Positions 55,209 through 64,000 of a stretch of DNA of 64,000 bases are shown piece after piece. Origin of the DNA: Microbotryum violaceum (taxonomy: Eukaryota); NCBI GenBank assembly GCA_001244265.2, contig CDLV01000011.1, positions 806,001 through 870,000 on the forward strand. The letters run 5' to 3'. Below the pieces are notes generated by a model. The model saw only the letters and a program-made list of their open reading frames with translations. It had not been told where the DNA came from and searched no databases. The stretch's first letter is position 1; every line of letters begins with the position of its first letter. The position numbers and the translations under genes were made by a program.

Positions 55209-56450
55209 ATGGACTCGTCCTCTCCGATTTTCGACGAATACGCCCAAGACCTCTCGACGCTGCTCACCGCCATCCGGACTCAGTTGGACGGAGCGGCGAG
55301 CCAGGCGAAAGGAGGTCAGTTGCACGACCACATACTTGGAGGGAATGGCGCGCACTTGTTCACGTTGGATTGGTTGGCCTGCAGATGAGAGGAGGGCGCT
55401 GTTGAGACGCCTGGGCATGGAATTGGATGAATCGGATGAGATCGTCAGTTGGGTTCGCATCACGTGCCCGGAAGCTCTCGGGCCTGCCCTCCTGCATCGG
55501 AGCGGAAAGTGCTAGAATGACCCCCTTTCTTGCGCTTTCGGGGATGCCTCCCTCCAGATCGGTCAAATGGAAATCGAAGTCCAAACCCAACTCAACCCAC
55601 TCGACAAACAGGACCTGCACACCAAGCTGAGGCGGCACACAACCACTTTGGCAGCGATACGACAACAAATCGTGAATGCCCTCACCACTTTGCCCCGTAA
55701 CCCCCATCGATCGCAACTCTGAACCATCGAACCTTGCAACCTGCTTCACAGAAACGTCTTGAAACGAACACAGATCGAGACGACCTTTTATCCACCTCGT
55801 CCAGTCCACACGTCACAATACCCATCTCCGACTCTGAAGATCCTTTACGGTCCGCTTCCTCCGCTCAAGCACAACGGATCGCCTTGATGTCAACGACGGA
55901 CCAATTGAGTCAAGGCCAGAGGAGACTGCAGGAGAGTCATAGGGTCGCTTTGGAGACGGAACATCTGGGCGCGGGCATACTGAGGAATTTGAGGGGGCAG
56001 AGGGATGTGCTGCAACATGCTAGAGACGGGGTGCGTACTGCTTTGTGGCGCACCAAAGTAGTCAACCTGATTGGGGCTGTCTGTGATTGCTCAGTTGTAC
56101 GAGACCGACGGCTCGATCGATCGAGCGTCGAATACGATCGGCAAGATGGTCAGAGTGTCAGTTGTCGAGCCGGACTAGGAGCGCATGATCAAGGCTCGGA
56201 GATAATCCGAGCGAGCGAGCGCTCAACCCATACCCTCCTCTGTCCTCTCATCTCTTGCAGAATGCACCAACAGAAAGCGATTACCTACGCTATCATAAGC
56301 GTGTTGGTCTTTTTGATGTGAGTTCGAGTTGTGCAGAGCAGGAAACGAGCATTTGCTCGATTTCGAAATCCCTTTCCGAATCGGCGCTGAATCCCTCTTC
56401 CTCACCTCCGTCGCTACAGTACGTACATCCTAATCTCCAAGATATTCTGA
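55209..56450 (+). CDS. VTI1: Vesicle transport Qb-SNARE Vti1
   Basis: IFDEYAQD..; LDESDEIIGQMEIEV; RLQESHRVALETEHLGAGILRNLRGQRDVL; C-terminal TM anchor. Confidence 0.93.
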
Positions 56451-57173
56451 GGCGTGCAATAAGAGAGGGCTGTCGATGTAATTCGCATTTTATTTTATTT
56501 TTCTCGCATTCGTTCGTCCCATCAAAGTGCGATGCGGAGAGACCGGATAGAAAGAGAGTGAGGTGTCTTGGCTTGCTCGTCTTCTTCCTCCTTCAAAGTG
56601 GCGATTCGCGGTGATTGTACGTCGAGCGAAAGATTCGAACCAAGGCGGGCAGCCAGAGACCGCGTCACAAGTTGCGATCATGCATTACTTTCGTCTTTTA
56701 CCCTCTTGTTTATTTATGCCTATTGTTGTCCAAAGGACTTTATAGGCACGTCAAGTAGAGTATGACCCAAGTAGGGGAGATGAAAACGCCGAAGCAGCGG
56801 AACTGACAGTGTTTGTTCCTTTTTATTCGGGTCTGTGGCCCGGGGTACGGTGCTTGGGAGGAAATATGACAGGCATGGGGTTTGTATTCATCAGGTGGGA
56901 GCAGAATCTAGCTTGAAATAATTGAAATAATCTCGAATTGAGATGCACTATTATGAGGCTTATGCGCCCGGCTGCTTCGACGAAAGTGTCAGGTGGGTCC
57001 TCCTAGCTGACCGGTCAGTGCGGCCGACGTGTGAGCATGTGAGCGACGGCTCGGAGTCTCCTCTTGCTTTCGCTCTCTCTCTCTCTCTCGCTCCCTCCCT
57101 CTCTCCCTCTCTCGCTCCCTCCCTCTCTCGCTCCTGGCGCCACCCCTCTTCGCCTCCATCCCATCAAATCACC

Positions 57174-60100
57174 ATGTCGATCCTCTTCCGAAGGAGCGGT
57201 CAACATCCCCGCCCCTCGCTCCTACATCGAGTGCCACTCGGTACTCCCGTGGGCAGCGGCTTCGCCTTCGTCGGCGGTCGACGCGCCCAACTGCATGTAC
57301 GACCCGTTTCGATCCTTTCCGGTTTGGGCAAACTGGCGGGCAGGACGGCGGGGAGAGGCGTGGTGGGTTTGGGCGTCGGGGTCGGCGGCTTGACGTGGGC
57401 CGAATGGAAGGTAGATGGTCAGTCTTCCGCGAATGTGGTGCCGTTCCCCGTTCGGTTGGGTCGTGCTTCGGTGCCGCGATGACGCGCGTCGATTTAATTT
57501 CCCGAACCGAACCCAAGCTGGCCGGCAGCTCGAAGCCGGGAGGGAGGGCCACTTGCGACAAGCGAAAGCTGGCACCGCAAGGACAACATCCTTTCGAAAT
57601 GATCGTTTCTAACGTTCATGGCTTGGGTCATTCACAGGCTTCAAGAATAATGTCACGGACCTGCTCTCTGACGTCAACGGCCGACTCGGTTCCGCCTACG
57701 ACAGCTTCTCCACCACCGCGAACGAGACCCTCGAGAGCTTGGCCCAAAACACCAAAGAGGGATACATCACAATATCAGGTACCGCAGCTGGGCTATGGGC
57801 TTCGACCGCGCTGGGTGCAGAAGCTCGGTTCAATACGCTCAAGGAGAGGTTCAGGGAAGCCTTCCCCGAGTCAGAGCCAGATTCGAGTGAACCCGAACCA
57901 GAGCCATCACCGCCACCCGAACCAGACACCAAACCTTTCAGTATAGCCTCAGCGACCATGGCTGCAGCAACACCGCTCGTCCTCGATGCTGAAGAAGACA
58001 ACCCCGTCAAGAGGGGTGACGATGCGACCGGCGACCTCATGCTGTTGACAAGACGCCTCATCGAGATTCGATCCATCTTGCTCAGCATCGGAGAAGACGA
58101 GGCTTTGACCTTGCCAAGCATTGTGGTCATTGGGAGTCAGAGTAGTGGCAAAAGTAGTGTGCTCGAAGCGATCGTCGGGAGAGAATTCTTGCCCAAGTCA
58201 GTCCATCCTCGCCTCCATGGGCAGCTTCAACTTTCTCACCTCTTTCGATTCTGCGCACAGAGGAGACAACATGGTCACACGGAGACCCATTGAGCTCACC
58301 TTGATTCACACCGCACCCTCACCCTCGGATCCGAACCCCAAGACCTTTGCCGAGTTCCCCTCGCTCGGTCCCGGCCACATCACCGACTTTTCACTCGTGC
58401 AGCGAACCCTCGTCGATCTCAACCTTTCCGTTCCAGCATCGGAATGCGTATCCGATTCGCCCATCCATCTCCGAATCCATTCCCCCCACGTACCGGACTT
58501 ATCCCTCGTCGATCTACCGGGCTACGTCCAGATCAGCTCGATGGACCAACCCGAGGAACTCAAGGAAAAGATTCACAAGCTGTGCGACAAGTACATCCGT
58601 TCACCCAATATCATCCTCGCCGTATGTGCGGCTGACGTAGATCTTGCCAACTCGCCGGCGTTGAGGGCGAGTAAGAAGGTCGACCCTTTGGGGATGAGGA
58701 CCATCGGGGTCGTGACCAAGATGGATCTCGTTGCTCCCGAGGCTGGAGCGGCGATCTTATCCGATATCCACTATCCTTTGGCGTTGGGCTACGTCGGTGT
58801 CGTATGCAAAGCCGCTTCGTCAAAAGGACGAGAAACACGCTTGATCAAACGTCAGGCCGACGACGATAGCCTCGTCATGACCATCAAAGCGCAGGAAGAG
58901 GCCTTCTTCGGTGGGAACGCCGAAATCTTCTCCCAAGAAGGGGTTCACGTCGGAACGACGACGTTGAAACGACGCTTGATGCAAGTTCTCGAAGAATCGA
59001 TGGCCTCGTCCTTGCACACGATCTCGAACGCGGTCGCGATCGAATTGGAAGAAGCGAGTTACCAATTCAAAGTTCAATACAACGATCGATCCATTTCCGC
59101 CGAATCTTACGTCGCCGAAACGATGGATCATCTCAAAGCGCGCATCCACGAACTTGGTAAAGGATTCAACAAGGCCGAAGTGAGGAGAATGCTCAAGCAT
59201 GCTTTGGATGAACAGATTCTGGATTTGTTGGCGCAACAGTATTGGTCCGATCCGAAAGTGGGGGAGTTGGGCAAGTTGGGGGACAATTCACGATTGGGGC
59301 CGGAGGAGTTAGATACGTATTGGACGAGGAAATTGGATGCGATCTCATCGGCGTTGACCAAATCGGGAGTCGGCAGGGCCTCGACTCAACTCGTCGTCGA
59401 TTCAATTCGATCACGCCTTGCCTTACTGTCCAATGAGGAACCTTTATCCTATCACCCTGAAGCGGCTTCGAGGGTTCACGCGACCGCGGACGCGTTGTTA
59501 CGTGAACGCTTCGCGTTGACTTCCGATCAAGTGGAGAACAGCGTCAAGCCATTCAAATACGAAGTCGAAGTTGAACCCAAGGAATGGGAGGATGGTCGAT
59601 TACGCGCCAACGAGTTGTTACAACGCGAACTGGGGATGTGTGAAGGTGCGTTGAACAAGATCAAGGAGGCTGTTGGGGGGAGGAAGTTGAAAGGCGCTAT
59701 GGACTACGTTGCGGAATTGGAGGAGAGGGAAAGGAGAAGAAGGGAGAGGAGGAGGGAGGCTAGAGCGGAAGGGGAAGATTTCGCTGAAGAGATTGATTCG
59801 GATCCGAATCGACCGGTTTATAACCCTGCTTTGTTGGCCAAAGGTGCGCTTCCTCTCATTCGTGACACAGGAGTGGCGAACATTCACTCACTGGATGAAG
59901 AGGATCTCTGCGCAGCTCGCGAAGCGCGTTTCTTGACCGCGCGTAGCTCGATCCTCAAACTTCGTTTAGCGGCGCTCAAGTCAAAGAGATGTCGCAGGGG
60001 ACCCGAGAGCGAGGCCTTTTGCCCCGAAGCGTTCCTCAACGTCGTCGCGGACAAGTTGTCGCATACCGCCGTCCAATTCATCAATGTGCGTTCGTCTCTA

Positions 60101-60519
60101 AACCTCAAGTTTTCTTTTTGGGCCAAGAGACCAAACTGATCTTGGTCCGCTAACGGAATGCAGATTGAATTGCTCGTTGAATTCTTCTACCAATTCCCTC
60201 GTGAGATCGATACGAGGTTGGGCTACGACCTCGATCGATCGGAGGTGCAGTCCTTCGCGAAGGAGAATCCGGTGATCAGGAAGCATTTGGCGTTGCAGGA
60301 GAGGAAGGCGAAACTTGAATTGGTCAGTTGACAATGACCCCTCCCAGCCTCGTACAAGAGGTCTCATGGAATTGCGAAGCTGATGCGAACATCTTCGTTG
60401 ATTAGGTCGCGGACAAGTTGGACAGTCTAGTCAAACTGCAACGCGAGAAGGCCGCTGCGAATGCAGGACCGGGGCATCGAAGGGATCAGGCTCGAAGAGG
60501 TCTCTTTGGAATGTTCTAG
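57174..60519 (+). CDS. MGM1: Mitochondrial dynamin-like fusion GTPase Mgm1/OPA1
   Basis: Presequence + [67 protein letters not shown]. Confidence 0.96.
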
Positions 60520-60781
60520 ACGATCAGTACCAAACACGACATACGTACGCATGCACCACTCACATCTTTTTTCTTGCCACCTATTTGTGCATTTATGAAC
60601 ATTATAATGAGCTCTGCCGTCCTTGTTGTGCAATCAAATTTCCTTCCGTCAATGACACAGGATTGATGAGAGGTGATACGAGAGAATTATCCTGCTTATT
60701 GCATCAGAAGGGTGTGTTTAGAAAGGGGATGATTCACGTTTATTTCTGCTACAAAATGCTCATTTCCAAATAAGCCCTCGC

Positions 60782-63700
60782 CTACTTGTCCTCCTCCACC
60801 ACCTTGGGTCTCAATAACTCGGACAAACTTTCCAACCTGTCGACAATCGGATGTCCTTCAAAAGCCTCCCTAATCACCTGAGCCACATTCTCGACGTATA
60901 CGATCTCGATCCCTTCCTTCACCGATTCCGGGACGTTATGTTCGATATCGGCTCGACACGCCTCGGGGGCAATGATCTTTTTGATCCCTGCTCGATGCGC
61001 GGCGAGAATCTTTTCCTTCAAGCCACCGACGGGAAGGACTTGACCTGCGAGGGTCATCTCACCCGTCATGGCTAAATCGGCTCGGATCCCTCTTTTAGAG
61101 AAGAGAGAGACGAAAGCGGTGAGGATCGCGATTCCCGCCGAGGGCCCTTCCTTCCCTATCGATCCTTCGGGCATATGAAGATGGATCGCCCGCTTGGACA
61201 AAAGATCATGATCCGCGTCTGGGGTAAGACCCAAATCGAACGCTCGGGATTTTAGGAACGAAAGTGCGATTTGAGCCGACTCCTTGATGACGTCTCCTAG
61301 TTTCCCGGTCAATTGGATCCCTGACCCAGGCATGGTCGTCACTTCGATAGGCATGACCGCTCCTGATCCATTGCCGAGGTAGCCCAAACCGCACGACACG
61401 CCAACAGGACTGGATTTGGTGTACATCCTTTCCTTCTGATACATCGGTGGACCAACGTATTCGAGCAGATTATCGGCTGTGATGCGGACGTGGACGGATT
61501 CGGGCACGTCCAAAGGCTTGCGAACGCCCGTGGTGGTCGTACGTTCTTCCCCTGTTGTAGAGGCCGATTCGGTCCCTGCTTCGGCCGCTTTGCCATCCTC
61601 TTTTTGGACCTTGTCCTCGATAATGGGGAACGTCGACTTGTCCTTACCCGAAGAGACGACGGTCGATGCAGGGGCCGAGGCGGACGCATTCGGTGGCGGT
61701 ACAACCTCGGCCGACGACTCGGGCAAAGATCGCTCTCCAATGTCCTGCACGATCTTGAGCGCCGCCTTTCGATATACCTGTACGACGAAGCGCGACCCGT
61801 GGGGTCAGTCAAATCGTGCGCCATCACACCATCATCTCAAACCCCCCACGAGAGACGTTCCGCCATACCTTTTCAATCTGTTGCTTCAACCTTCGCACGC
61901 CGGATTCGCGACAGTAATACCTAATGAGCGCCGCCACAGCGTCTTCGGTCAACTCGACGTCGGCCACCTTCAAGCCCGCTCCATCCTTGGCCTGAGGTGC
62001 AAGGTATCGACTCGCGATCGCCGCTTTTTCTTCCGTAATGTATCCACTAACTTCCAAGACCTCCATCCGATCCAATAAAGGTGCGGGAATCGTATCGAGG
62101 GTGTTGGCTGTGCAGACGAACAAGACCCGGGAAAGGTCGACGGGTACATCGAGGTAATGATCGAGGAACTGAGCGTTCTGTTCAGGGTCCAACATCTCGA
62201 GCAAGGCCGAAGCGGGATCGCCGTTATGCCCTCGTCCGATCTTGTCGACTTCATCTATGAGGATCAACGGGTTCTCGGTTTGGACCTTCTTCAACGCCTG
62301 GATCATCTTACCCGGCATCGCGCCGACGTATCTGTGAGATTGGCACGATTAGCTCAGCCTGGGCAACTTGAATCACCTATACGGGGCTCAGGTCCGATCA
62401 CGACTCACGTTCTTCGATGACCTTTGATCTCAGCGACATCACCCAACCCACCGACAGAAAAGCGATAAAATTGTCGATCCAGCGCCCTCGCAATCGATTT
62501 GCCAATCGACGTCTTTCCCACACCCGGAGGACCCACAAGACACAAGATCTTGCCCTCGACCGTTCCCCTCAATTTGCCTACGGCCAAGAACTCCAAGATG
62601 CGATCCTTGACGTCCTTGAGCCCGTAGTGGTCCTCGTCGAGGACTTGGACCGCATGGACGAGGTCAAAGTTCTCTTGCGAGTGCCTACCCCAAGGGATCT
62701 GGGTCAACCAATCGAGGTAATTGCGTGTGACGTTGAATTCGCTCGCGGCCGGTTCGAGATGAGACAACTTGTTGATTTCCTCGTCAAAGACTTTGCGCAC
62801 CGCTTCGGGCATGTTCAGCGTATCCGCCTTGGACTGAAACTTGTCCACGAGCTTGTCCTTGCCGTCGGACTCGATCCCCAACTCCTTCTTGATCCCCTTG
62901 AGCTGTTCCATGAGGTAGTACTCGCGTTGACGTTTCTGAATCTTGTTCTCGACGTCTTTGGAGATCTTGCTCTGCAACTGCGCGTTCATCAACTCCTTCT
63001 TGAGCACTAATAACGCCTTTTGCATCCTCTCCTCGAGCAAGGTCGATTCGAGTACGTCTTGCAACTCGTTGATCTCGCCCGTCGAGACCGCAGCAGCGAA
63101 ATCGGCCAACTTGTCCGGTTCCTCAAAAACGTTACCCGCGGATTGACTCATGGAGAAGTTGGCGATCTGATCCCTGAACAAGGGGTTCAAAGACGCGATG
63201 TCTTTGAAGACGGCGATGATCTCACTCGCAATCGCTCGTGCGGTCTGCGACTTCTTGTCCCAAGGTTGCATCTCAACGTTCTCGACGTTGACGATCGAGA
63301 CGGCGTAATCGTGCAGGAAAGCGGTCTGGAATGATCCACTCGATGGGTCCGTGGAAGAGGCGGTCGAGTCCTCGCCCGACTTTAAAGGTGCAGCATCATC
63401 CTTCTTGCCGTGCTGGTACGAGGCTTCGATGATTTTTTCCAGGTCGGCGGTTTGATCCGTTCGAGCCGACTTGTCGACCGGAGCAGCGGCGTCAGCCTCC
63501 TTCGGGACTGCCTGCTCGCCGTCCTCTGTCACTTTCGATTGTTCAGGTGCCGAAGGTGGGGTGTTTTGTGGTACGGGAAGCAAGTCGGTGATGCGGATTC
63601 TTCGATGAGGGTACAGCACGGCCGTCAAACCCGGTTCCTCATTCTTATCCTTGTCGTTCGCCGCAGCGACGAACGTTGAAGTGATCTGCGCGAACACACC

Positions 63701-64000
63701 GACGGGGTGAACCGCATTCGAGTCGGTGATGATGTCACTATCGGCGTTCTCGTCCTTGAGGAGGAAAGCACCGATGTAAGGTTGGCCACGCGCGACGGCG
63801 TCCTTGATCGCGGCGATGACGGCGGCGTTGCGGATGACGACGGCCTTGTAGAAGCCGGGGAAGAGTGGGCGGCGGGTGATGGGCAAAGCGAGGAGTTGTG
63901 GGTAGACCTCGGGTACGGTGCGTTTGGAGAGCGAGGTCGAAGATGGGGGAGTCGAATCACTGCCTTTACCGTTGTCGCCATCGTCAGAGGAGGAGGAGGA
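60782..64000 (-). CDS. PIM1: Mitochondrial Lon protease (5' end outside the window)
   Basis: [61 protein letters not shown]. Confidence 0.96.

Noticed and set aside
57174..64000. MGM1 and PIM1 adjacent as a mitochondrial cluster
   Set aside because: Convergent orientation with no shared promoter; adjacency is plausible by chance

Overview
Eukaryotic, intron-rich (mostly 50-110 nt introns), GC-rich fungal DNA, most consistent with a basidiomycete, probably Pucciniomycotina (inference). Conserved genes in order: partial low-complexity ORF, MAPR/Dap1-type cytochrome b5 protein, SHO1, an orphan 7TM-like protein, PRP5, NOC4, a Pro-rich RING-H2 protein, polo kinase (CDC5), AIP1, mitochondrial uS5m (MRPS5), PRMT1 (HMT1), an OPT oligopeptide transporter, a GCK-type Ste20-family kinase, SPT2, VTI1, MGM1 and a partial mitochondrial Lon (PIM1). 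Two accessory zones interrupt this. (i) ~24.7-33 kb holds a duplicated, rearranged and decaying pair of unknown genes (soluble 'A' and multi-pass membrane 'B'), a ~640 bp near-palindrome, and an orphan hAT transposon end at a breakpoint. (ii) ~45.8-48.1 kb holds a hAT-type MITE (8-bp TSD) and an internally deleted Mutator element (9-bp TSD, long TIRs). Other notable signals are oversized first introns closed by long-range stems, 9-nt microexons, GC-AG introns and 8-12 bp tandem arrays in promoters. Gene models were read by eye, so CDS coordinates are gene spans including introns. No tRNA, rRNA or CRISPR was seen.
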